Positions 39,310 through 48,500 of a DNA stretch of 63,245 nt are shown piece by piece. How positions within the stretch are numbered: the stretch's first letter is position 1; the number at the start of each line of letters is the position of its first letter. The translations under genes and the position numbers were made by a program. The DNA comes from Firmicutes bacterium UBA5449. Its GTDB lineage: Bacteria; Bacillota; SHA-98; UBA4971. The notes under the pieces were generated by a model that worked only from the letters and a program-made list of their open reading frames with translations, made no database searches and had not been told where the DNA came from. The DNA lies in the NCBI GenBank assembly GCA_002424305.1, contig DIQZ01000045.1, positions 391 through 63,635 on the forward strand, in the 5' to 3' direction.

Positions 39310-40185
39310 ATGGAGAGAAATGCCGGGAAAAGGCGACCACAGTCAAATTCTCCAGCCAAGAGAAAATCCCTGATTTCCAGTGCTACCGCTACATTAAGTG
39401 CAGGTATAAAGTGGACTCATGGAATCTTCGGCAACCTGCGAAACGCTATCCCTCCGTTGAGGGATATCGTTATTGTCATCGCTATCACTACTATCACTTT
39501 TGCGTTCGGGTTTGTTGTTGGAAGAGGAACGGTACAGTCTGTCTTGCCCAGTGATTTTGTGACTATTCAAGAGATTGATATTCAAGGTACAGGCTCTCAC
39601 TTAGCTGACGTGACGGAAGATCCCGGTCTCAAGGACATTGACACTTCGCAAATTGCCAAGGAGGAGGCTGTGACTGAGATCGAGGATGCACCCATAATCC
39701 AAGTAGCTGATGCGAACACAGGAGTCGTAGGCCCTGTACCGACTAAGACTCCGGAGGTCAAATCAGAATCTCCTCCCCCACAAAGGATTGCATCCATTAA
39801 AAAAGAAGAAATGATAATGCCTGTCCAAGGAAAGGTCGTGTCAGAATTCGGATGGAGGAAGCACCCTGTCTACCAGGATTGGAGGTATCATACAGGAATC
39901 GACATCGGAGTGGCTGAAGGCTCTCCTGTGAGTGCGGTTCTTTCAGGTAAGGTCGTTGAGTCAGATAGCAATCGTGAGTTAGGCCGATACATAGTTATTG
40001 AACATCCAAACGGCATCAAGACCAAGTATGGCCATTTGGATTCCAACGCTGTAAAAGGCGGTGACTCAGTGAAGCAAGGACAGACCATAGGAAACGCCGG
40101 TTCGTCCGGCGTGACGTCAGGGTCATATATTCACTTTGAAGTGATTTCCGGTGGTAAGTCCGGCAATCCTGAGGAATTCCTGTAA
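39310..40185 (+). CDS. spoIIQ: M23/LytM-domain membrane protein, SpoIIQ-like
   Basis: Single N-terminal TM; C-terminal LytM domain (HTGID, AVLSGKV, TKYGHL, YIHFEV); located between spoIID and spoIIID. Confidence 0.72.
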   Translation: MERNAGKRRPQSNSPAKRKSLISSATATLSAGIKWTHGIFGNLRNAIPPLRDIVIVIAITTITFAFGFVVGRGTVQSVLPSDFVTIQEIDIQGTGSHLADVTEDPGLKDIDTSQIAKEEAVTEIEDAPIIQVADANTGVVGPVPTKTPEVKSESPPPQRIASIKKEEMIMPVQGKVVSEFGWRKHPVYQDWRYHTGIDIGVAEGSPVSAVLSGKVVESDSNRELGRYIVIEHPNGIKTKYGHLDSNAVKGGDSVKQGQTIGNAGSSGVTSGSYIHFEVISGGKSGNPEEFL

Positions 40186-40270
40186 TACTGCTCTCACATA
40201 AGCACGCCTGACATATCTCGCTGTCCCAAGAATATACATGGTATTAAACCGGGGCAGGGGGGCAGCGGAT

Positions 40271-40528
40271 ATGAGGGATTACATAAGACGTAGGGTGCTT
40301 GATATTGCAGGCCATATTGTTGAGACTAAGTCTACTGTAAGACAGACGGCTAAGCTGTACAATGTCAGCAAAAGTACGGTCCATAAAGACGTAACAGAGA
40401 GACTTCCCATGATAAGTAAGCCTCTCTCGAAGAAAGTAAAGCGTGTGCTGGAACAGAATAAGGCAGAGCGCCATATTCGAGGTGGAGAAGCTACACGTAG
40501 GAAATATAGGGAAAAAAAGAGAAGCTAG
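40271..40528 (+). CDS. spoIIID: Sporulation transcriptional regulator SpoIIID
   Basis: MRDYIRRRVL, TVRQTAKLYNVSKSTVHKDVTERL, NKAERHIRGGEATRRKY. Confidence 0.97.
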   Translation: MRDYIRRRVLDIAGHIVETKSTVRQTAKLYNVSKSTVHKDVTERLPMISKPLSKKVKRVLEQNKAERHIRGGEATRRKYREKKRS

Positions 40529-40671
40529 GCGTCCTAGTTTGGAGGAAATCTTCGCAGAATGTAGAAGAAATTACCTTGCGACGGTTTTTTCTTATTTTGA
40601 CGTTGGATAAGCCTTTAGATTTAGCTCCATTCTTTAAGTGGCCTTCTGAGGCGCCTAGGAGGAATTAGTCC

Positions 40672-41694
40672 ATGTTCGGGCTGTCTGTGGATATTGGAAT
40701 TGATCTAGGAACAGCCAATACCAGGGTTTATGTCAGGGGTAAGGGTATAGTAATCCGTGAACCCTCAGTCGTGGCTCTGGATGCTGAGACTCGTAAGGTT
40801 TTAGCTGTCGGCGGAGAAGCGCGCAGGATGATAGGGCGAACTCCCGGTTCCATATTGGCTGTAAGGCCTATGAAGGACGGAGTCATTGCTGACTACGAGA
40901 TAACCGAAGCAATGCTCCGTTATTTTATAAATCGTGCATGTGGCCGCAGAGCTCTAATACGGCCACGCGTAATCATCTGCATCCCTTCCAGAGTAACAGG
41001 GGTTCATAAGCGAGCGGTGCTGGAGGCGGCTTCGCAAGCAGGGGCGAGGCAGACCTATCTTGTGGAAGAACCAATGGCTGCAGCCATTGGAGCAGGTCTC
41101 AACATATGGGAGCCTTCAGGACATATGGTTGCTGACATAGGCGGAGGGACTACTGATATAGCTGTCATTTCTCTCGGCGGTATTGTTGTCGCTGATTCTT
41201 GCGCAGTGGGAGGCGACAAATTTGACGCATCGATTACCAGATATGTACGGCGAATGCACAATCTTATGATAGGAGAACGGACTGCTGAAGACATTAAGAT
41301 AAAGATTGGGTCGGTTTATCCTCAAGATCAGAGCGAGGTTGCTGAGATAAGGGGTAGGGACTTTGTCACAGGCTTACCCAAGACTCTGAGTTTCTCTTCT
41401 GACGAGACTTGCCAGGCTCTCTTTGAGCCTACCCATGAAATTGTTAGAAGTATCAAGGGAGTCCTGGAGCGCACCCCCCCTGAACTTGCTGCAGACATAG
41501 TTGACAGGGGGATCGTCTGTACCGGTGGGGGCGCGCTGCTTAACGGATTCACAAGTCTCGTGTCAGAAGAAACCGGAATCCCGGTTTATGTTGCAGAGGA
41601 TCCTATGAGTTGTGTTGTACTGGGCGCAAGTAAGATATTTGAATCGCCGAACATGTTCAAAGATAGTTTAGTTGCCGGCGCTAAGTTCATGTAA
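40672..41694 (+). CDS. mbl: MreB-like actin homologue (Mbl)
   Basis: IGIDLGTANT, RPMKDGVIAD, EEPMAAAIGAG, DIGGGTTD, GGDKFD, LERTPPELAADI, TGGGALL; follows spoIIID. Confidence 0.92.
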   Translation: MFGLSVDIGIDLGTANTRVYVRGKGIVIREPSVVALDAETRKVLAVGGEARRMIGRTPGSILAVRPMKDGVIADYEITEAMLRYFINRACGRRALIRPRVIICIPSRVTGVHKRAVLEAASQAGARQTYLVEEPMAAAIGAGLNIWEPSGHMVADIGGGTTDIAVISLGGIVVADSCAVGGDKFDASITRYVRRMHNLMIGERTAEDIKIKIGSVYPQDQSEVAEIRGRDFVTGLPKTLSFSSDETCQALFEPTHEIVRSIKGVLERTPPELAADIVDRGIVCTGGGALLNGFTSLVSEETGIPVYVAEDPMSCVVLGASKIFESPNMFKDSLVAGAKFM

Positions 41695-41841
41695 GTGAGC
41701 CTATCTGTAGGCTTTGGCCTGCTCTTCTCTGAAAATCCCCAAGAGACTCCACTCATAACCATCGTTCTCGCAAGAGGATAGTTGGCTTCTGTATAGAACT
41801 GAAAGATAAAGGTAACCTTGGGAAGGAGGTTCATTGTTTTT

Positions 41842-43434
41842 ATGAAACGTTGCAGGCATTATTTTGCAAATAGCTTGTTCATAGTGATTTTCACTACCTT
41901 TTTTCTCATTAACAGCACTTGCAGTGCACAATGGATCGAGATTACGGAAGGGTCTGCTGTCAGCCAAGGAAAGCTTGTTGTTGATGAGAGCGGAGCTATT
42001 CTACCTGTGCCTGTTATTGCCAAAGGCTCCAACATCCTAATACCCGCGACTTTCGTGGCTGAGACTTTGAGAATCTCAATGAGGTACGACCCTGTCGTAC
42101 AACGCCTTACATACAGTATACCGAGTGGGTCATTTGAGATTCTACTGCATCAGAAGGAGTGGAAGTTGTCGTCAGGTGAGACTCGAACATTTACGGAGCC
42201 GGCGATAAGCCAATCCGGTGTTCCATTTGTTCCGGCAGAGCTTCTTAGAGTGACCGGTGAGTATGATATTTCATGGGATGTACATGCAATGAAACTTCAT
42301 CTTATGAAACCCGGCGGCAAAGTGGCTGCTCTAACCGAGGCAAGGCACGGTATCCATCCTGATAAGGTCAGAATAGTCTTTCATCTGTCAAAGGAAGTTC
42401 CATTCAAGGTCATGCAGATGAAGAATCCCCCAAGGGTAGTTATTGATTTTGAGGATACTCGTGTACAAGGAGCATTTGACTCTTCTATTGCCAACATAGC
42501 CGTTAACGGAGTAAGACTCACTATGCCTGAAGGAAATAACACCAGATGTATAATTGACTTTAACTATGCGCTACCTGATGTCACTACTTTCTGGCTGCAA
42601 GATCCGGTAAGGTTTGTTGTGGACGTGCCCACGATTTATCGGAATCAAGCCGCGCTCACCATAGATCGTGGCATCCGCTATATCTCTATGAATAGTGGCA
42701 CTCCCAACGGCCCTCTCACTATAGATGTGTTGGAAATCGCAGCAACTGATAAGACCATAGCAGTAGAGACTGTGCTTGCAGGACCTGACGGTAGTTTCGG
42801 GTTGGCCCCTGTTAGTGACCTTGTGGCAAGATCTGGCGCGATAGCAGGGGTTAATGGGGTATTCCATGCGTCAGACGGTACCCCTCTCGGTCTTATTATT
42901 ACTGATGGGCGTCTAAAGAGCCTTCCTATTATGTCCAGGACTGCCATGGGGATAACACAAGACGGAAGGATCCTTATGGATAGTGTATCTATAGATGCAG
43001 AAGGAAACTTAGTCCCTGATTGGCTGGAACAAGGGGTCGTCTATGCTGTAGGTGGCGGTCCCAGGCTTGTAAAAGACGGTAAGGTCAACGTAACCTCATT
43101 ACAAGAGCAGTTTAAGGCAGACGTGGCCACAGGCCGCGCACCGCGAACCGCAGTAGGGGTGACCTTCGATGATAAGCTCTTACTGGTTGCTGTTACAGGA
43201 CGTCAGGCGTACTACAGCATAGGGGTAACCTTAGAAGAACTCGCCGATATCATGGTTGAATTAGGCGCAAAGGACGCTATGAACTTGGACGGTGGGGGCT
43301 CCTCCACCATGGTGGTTCGTGACTTTGTCATGAATACTCCATCAGACGGAAGAGAACGGAAGGTCGCTGATGCGATTCTTGTGTTTTCCGGTCCGTCTAA
43401 GACCCCCCCTGTAAGTCCACCGATTGGTCAGTAG
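41842..43434 (+). CDS. Secreted protein: stalk/AMIN-like domains + phosphodiester glycosidase (NAGPA/DUF2233) domain
   Basis: Signal peptide; AMIN-like RHGIHPDKVRIVF...NPPRVVIDF; AGVNGVF, SRTAMGIT, GGGPRLV, APRTAVG, AMNLDGGGSSTM. Confidence 0.8.
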   Translation: MKRCRHYFANSLFIVIFTTFFLINSTCSAQWIEITEGSAVSQGKLVVDESGAILPVPVIAKGSNILIPATFVAETLRISMRYDPVVQRLTYSIPSGSFEILLHQKEWKLSSGETRTFTEPAISQSGVPFVPAELLRVTGEYDISWDVHAMKLHLMKPGGKVAALTEARHGIHPDKVRIVFHLSKEVPFKVMQMKNPPRVVIDFEDTRVQGAFDSSIANIAVNGVRLTMPEGNNTRCIIDFNYALPDVTTFWLQDPVRFVVDVPTIYRNQAALTIDRGIRYISMNSGTPNGPLTIDVLEIAATDKTIAVETVLAGPDGSFGLAPVSDLVARSGAIAGVNGVFHASDGTPLGLIITDGRLKSLPIMSRTAMGITQDGRILMDSVSIDAEGNLVPDWLEQGVVYAVGGGPRLVKDGKVNVTSLQEQFKADVATGRAPRTAVGVTFDDKLLLVAVTGRQAYYSIGVTLEELADIMVELGAKDAMNLDGGGSSTMVVRDFVMNTPSDGRERKVADAILVFSGPSKTPPVSPPIGQ

Positions 43435-43475
43435 TTTGTAGCTTGCGGAGGGCTGTGAAGGGGGAATTTACGATT

Positions 43476-45407
43476 ATGACGACAGTTTCGAAATCCAAGA
43501 GCGTAGTAAAAAAGACGCTTGTGGCCGCTGCTATTACTGTTATCTTAGGCCTTCTGTTAATAGGTACAGGGGCCTTCCTTGATTCTGATGTACAAGCACA
43601 GGCAGATCTTGAATTCATGCCTATTTCAGAGATTACACCCGGAATGAAAGGCACTTCGAAGACTGTCATTTCAGGCACCAAGATAGATACGTTTGATGTA
43701 GAGGTATTGGGGATCTTAAAGGGCGGGGCAGCCACAGGCGACTTCATTTTTGTAAGGGGAAGCGGAGAAGCACTGGAGGCAGCAGGTGGGATAGCAGCAG
43801 GAATGAGCGGTAGCCCTGTTTACATCAATGGCCGACTTATTGGGGCGATAACTCATTCCCTTCGTGACGGCTCAGACCCCTATTTAGCTCTTGTGACTCC
43901 AATCGGAGAAATTCTTCGAGTTCTGGAAGCCTCACAAGGATATCATGTCGGGGCAGCAGAGTTTGAGATTCCGGTCATGGTCGGCGAGGAACTGATAAGT
44001 AAGGATTCTGAGGTACTGCCGGTGATGACTCCTGTTTCGAGCCCTGTGATGATAACCGGCCTGGGAGGACGGGCGTTTCAGCTTTTGGCAGACGGATTGA
44101 AGGATTACGGTCTCCTCCCAATTGCCTCAGGGACTGCACAATCAGGGGAATCTCAGGATAAAGTCGCGCTTGAGCCCGGATCTGCTGTGGGGGTACAGCT
44201 TATTAGGGGGGACGTCTCTGCCACTGTGCTTGGTACGGTAACTTACAGAAAAGGCGACCTGGTAATTGCATTTGGCCATGACGTTCTTCTAAAGGGTGAT
44301 GCCGGCTATATTGCAACAGGAGCTGAAGTTCATCATATTGTCTCCTCAATTCTTAAGCCGTATAAAATAGGAAGTCCGCTGGATGTTGTCGGTACGGTAA
44401 CTCAGGATCGTTCCAAGGGAGTACTTGTGGAAATTGACAAGATGCCGAAAACACTTCCTATAGCTTTGACTGTAAGAGACAAAGATACCGGTGCAGTGAA
44501 GATATTCAGGTCAGATATTATTGATGACGAGTTGCTAATAGGTGAACTTGCATGGTCATTTATCTTGCAGTGCCTTGACTCTTCCATAGATAGGATAGGC
44601 CAAGGAACCAGCAATGTGAAGTTTGAGATTCATACGGAGAACTTCGAAGAACCGATATCCCGGGAAAACATGTTTTTCAGCCCTGTAGATATCTCTGCAA
44701 TTTCCGGAGTCGAGTGTCTTGATATTCTTATGGCATTAGTTGATAATGAATTTACCAAGGTTAATGTGACCGGGATAAAAGTCGATGTTCAAGTTGAGGA
44801 AAAAAGGCAGACAGCCCGTATTGTTGAGGCTGAACCGGCTAAGAAAACCGTTGCTCCAGGCGAGACTGTGGAGGTAAAAGTCAGAGTTCATCCGTATAGA
44901 GGTATTCCTGAGATTAAGGGTATAAACGTGAAGATCCCTGAACATACCCGTCCGGGGACTCTCTACCTAACAGTGCGTGGCGGGGGGGTTATGCCACCTG
45001 AGGATGAGGGGGAGACGGAAGACAGTAAGGCTTCCCAGCGTTCACCTGCTGAGAGTCTGGAGAAGTTAATTCGCGACATGACGACTACTGACAAGAACAA
45101 TGATATTGTCTTGGAGTTCTATCCCGGTGGATTTGAAGAAATTGATGAGGCAAGTCTCATCGAGGAAGGGACTTTGGAAGGTGACAAGTTCCCCATTGGA
45201 ATTCTTCTGTCTCAGATAGAAGCTGAAGCTCCGCCCCGTGTGGAAGAGAAGCCTCCGCGTGTTGAGGATACAGAAAAGGTCAAGGAAAACCGGGTCATCG
45301 ATATAGTAAAGGTCACCTTATCTACAGGCTACGTGATAGAGGGCGAGATAGACTTGGAATTACTTGTTGAAGAATCAACCGCTCAGACACTGCCTGAGAA
45401 CAACTAA
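43476..45407 (+). CDS. SpoIVB-like peptidase S55 domain protein (secreted/membrane-anchored)
   Basis: PGMKGTSKTV..GT, GIAAGMSGSPVYINGRLIGAI, GTVTY, AFGH; long acidic C-terminal extension. Confidence 0.82.
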   Translation: MTTVSKSKSVVKKTLVAAAITVILGLLLIGTGAFLDSDVQAQADLEFMPISEITPGMKGTSKTVISGTKIDTFDVEVLGILKGGAATGDFIFVRGSGEALEAAGGIAAGMSGSPVYINGRLIGAITHSLRDGSDPYLALVTPIGEILRVLEASQGYHVGAAEFEIPVMVGEELISKDSEVLPVMTPVSSPVMITGLGGRAFQLLADGLKDYGLLPIASGTAQSGESQDKVALEPGSAVGVQLIRGDVSATVLGTVTYRKGDLVIAFGHDVLLKGDAGYIATGAEVHHIVSSILKPYKIGSPLDVVGTVTQDRSKGVLVEIDKMPKTLPIALTVRDKDTGAVKIFRSDIIDDELLIGELAWSFILQCLDSSIDRIGQGTSNVKFEIHTENFEEPISRENMFFSPVDISAISGVECLDILMALVDNEFTKVNVTGIKVDVQVEEKRQTARIVEAEPAKKTVAPGETVEVKVRVHPYRGIPEIKGINVKIPEHTRPGTLYLTVRGGGVMPPEDEGETEDSKASQRSPAESLEKLIRDMTTTDKNNDIVLEFYPGGFEEIDEASLIEEGTLEGDKFPIGILLSQIEAEAPPRVEEKPPRVEDTEKVKENRVIDIVKVTLSTGYVIEGEIDLELLVEESTAQTLPENN

Positions 45408-45451
45408 CGATTAGATCAACTACTTGCGTCTCCCATTAATGCCATGAATTG

Positions 45452-45481
45452 GCGCCCTTGCGCGCAGCGTAGGGGCGTTTG
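45452..45481 (+). terminator. Possible intrinsic terminator before tamB
   Basis: GCGCCCTTGCGC-GCA-GCGTAGGGGCGT (with G-U pairs) followed by TTGT. Confidence 0.5.
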
Positions 45482-45538
45482 TCTATAGAGGAATGAAATA
45501 GTCTTTGTCGAACTATGTTTAAGCTGGGAGGGGAGATT

Positions 45539-48500
45539 ATGGCGTCTATGCCCAAAAAGACAAAAGCTCTGGGTGCAGTAATAATCATTGTCATGTCTGT
45601 AGCAATTCTTTGTGTCTACAATAATCTCCTAAAAATCCAAAACGCAATCCTCCTGGCGGCACGAGATCCGATAATTGCAGGGCTTGAAGATGCGCTGGGC
45701 ACTAAGGTGGAAATTGAGTCTATCGCCGGCAAAACCCTCAGCGAAGTGGTGATATCCGGACTATCGGTTGCCGGGTTCGATACAGATGTTCCTGTTCTTT
45801 CTGCAAGGCATGTGGAAGTCAGTTATTCATTATTCGATATTATCACTAAACGTAAGGACATAGCTCATGCCATCACAGGCCTGGTTTTCATTGAACCGGA
45901 GCTTTGCACAGAGCTTCCTTCCGGAACGGGACTTCCGTCAGGGGCGGAAGGTGTTGATTTAGGGCAGGCAGTCGGTGCGTTGGACGGGTTTACAGGCTTC
46001 GTCTCTGTCAGAGACGGGACGCTGAAGGTTTACGGAATTCCCGGACTTGACAGGCCTTTTGCAGCCTGTGGTATCAACGGGGGTGTTTCGCTTAGCCAGC
46101 CGGGCATAGCAGGTCATATTAAGCTGTTCGCAGGGGATGAAAGAAAGATCGGCATTGCGGTGACAGGTGGATATGATCGGCAGACAAAAGCCATAACTTG
46201 CGATACGACTCTATCCGGAGTGATGCCTCAGGCGTGGTTAGGGGAGCTGCGTAGTATCGTAGATTCAGTAACCGTGCCACTACCCGGGGTCACAGAGGAG
46301 TCTATTGCAGGTATAAGGCAGATCCTAAACAGTGTTGACACAGTGGATCTGGCAGGTGGAAAAGTTAACGTAGAGGCTCACGTGAGGCCAAATGCGAAAA
46401 AAGGGCTGATAATTAGGGGAAAGGCCGGCATAGCTGAAGCGGATCTTAATGCGGCTCATATCACACTACCCGATTTCTCCGCTGATGTCGGGCAATTCCA
46501 AGATCTTGACAGTAGCTTGAATCTGGCTTTCGACTTTCAGTTGGATGAGGCAGGCCTGGCCTGCCAAGGCAAGGGTACAGTGTCTGTTGAGCATGTGCAA
46601 TGGATTGACAGTCAATTTGGGTTCTCTGAGGTTGATGCAAAAGGTAGGGTGATAGTCGAATTCTGGAAAGAAGCTGAAGATAAGTTGCTGTCTTTTGAGG
46701 GCAGTTCAACCTTGGATATTCCTTACCTGTCTGCCGGTGAAGCGCTGAAGAATGTTGCAGGGCTTGCAGCCGGCACCTTACAGGTGGAAGGCCCTGTTCG
46801 TGCAAACCTCAGTTTTGCCGGTAAGTCATTAGACAGCATAGAGGCGCAAGGCAGTCTGAAAATGGATAAAGGCAAGGTAGTCGCAGAACATGTCGTATCA
46901 GGGGTCTCCGAAATATCAGGGGATATCGGTGCATTTTTCACGTTTGAGGGAAGAGGAGGAGCTCTTGCCGATTATCAAGGACAGGTAAGACTGATTTCGG
47001 GATCTGTTGATATTGCCTACCCCGGTCAAGGTATTGAGTCTATCCGAGGATGTCTCACCGGCACTGTGAATGTTTCCGGTGGAAAAGATGTGCCTGTTAA
47101 GTATAAGGGAGTCGCCAATCTCAAAGAGGCCGACATAGCCTTAGACCGTATGCAACAGCTAAATCAGTCTTCCCGAGAAGGAGAGTCCTTTGCCGCAATT
47201 CGGGTGTCCAAAGGCACGGCAGACTGTGCAGTCGAGTTTGAGGGTGAGGCTCCCGGGACGGTTAGATATAATGGCATAGTCAACGTGATAGACAGTGCGA
47301 TAGAAGTATTAGGCGCAACGGAGGGCATAAAATCTTCGGTCGGAGAAGGAGAAGCCGGTGGAAACATCTCATTTGGCGGGGAGTATCCGGGTGATGTGGA
47401 ATACGGTGGCAAAATCAGTCTTCTCAGGGGGGAAGCGCGAATCGAAGACGGGCCTCCCTGGCTGAGACGAGCTTTAGGAGAAGTATCCGGTAATTTGGAG
47501 ATTTCCGGGAACTCCGGGGGCGAATTTAGATACAGTGGGGACTTGAGTGTAGCTAATATCGAGATAGACGTGTCTGATGCTCCCGGGGGAATAAAACAGT
47601 TTTCCGGTGAAGGGTCTGCATTTGTCAGTTTTCTCGGCGGAGGAGATAGCGTCCTACAGTATGAAGGCAGTGGTCAAGCAACTCGGGGGAACCTCCTCGC
47701 TACAGAGATTGAAGGGGGTATCCGTCGACTGGAAGGTCCGGTTACGGGCAATGTGGCCTTCAAAGGCGAATACCGGGAGAAGCCGGCTATCAATGGGATT
47801 ATGTCTATTGCCAAATGTGCTCTTGAGGTAGGCGAAATCGAAGGTCTTGTTAAATCCATTAGCGGTGAGGCCGACGGGGAGATTCATTTTTCCGGCTGCG
47901 GGCCGGAGCTTACCGGCTACTCCGGGAGAGGTAAGATAAATAGGGCTGTTTTTGTCTCAGACCAGGTCTATCCGGGCCTTATAGAGGCCGAAGGCTTGGC
48001 TGTTATTGACCTGAGATTCTCTTCGTCAGGTGACGATGACCTAACGTATGATGGAAAAGCTAAGATACAGTCAGCGACGATTCTTACGGAGCGAATTTAC
48101 CCCGGTCTTGAAAGTCTGGAAGGTAACGTAGCGTCTGAGCTTTCTTTTAGCAGCAGTGATGAAGGGGCTAAGTATGAGGGGGTTGCCAAGCTCTCATCAG
48201 GCAAGGTTTTGCTTAAAGACGGGATTCCAGGCCTTGATTCTATGGATGGTGATATATCTGCAAATTTGAAATTCCAAGGTGCGGGAGGCGCTGTGAGTTC
48301 TTTCCAAGGGGATGCAGTAATCTCCGGGGGAACACTGAAAGCAGGGCAAATATTAGGAGGAGTCGAGTCTATTGAAGGGCCTGCTCGCTTAGAAGCAGCG
48401 TTCTCCGGAGGCTTTGACACAGCTCCGACTTATAGTGGAAAACTTGCAATAAATGATGCTTCGTTTAGCGCATCGGACATTCTAGAGGGTGTCAAGAGTG

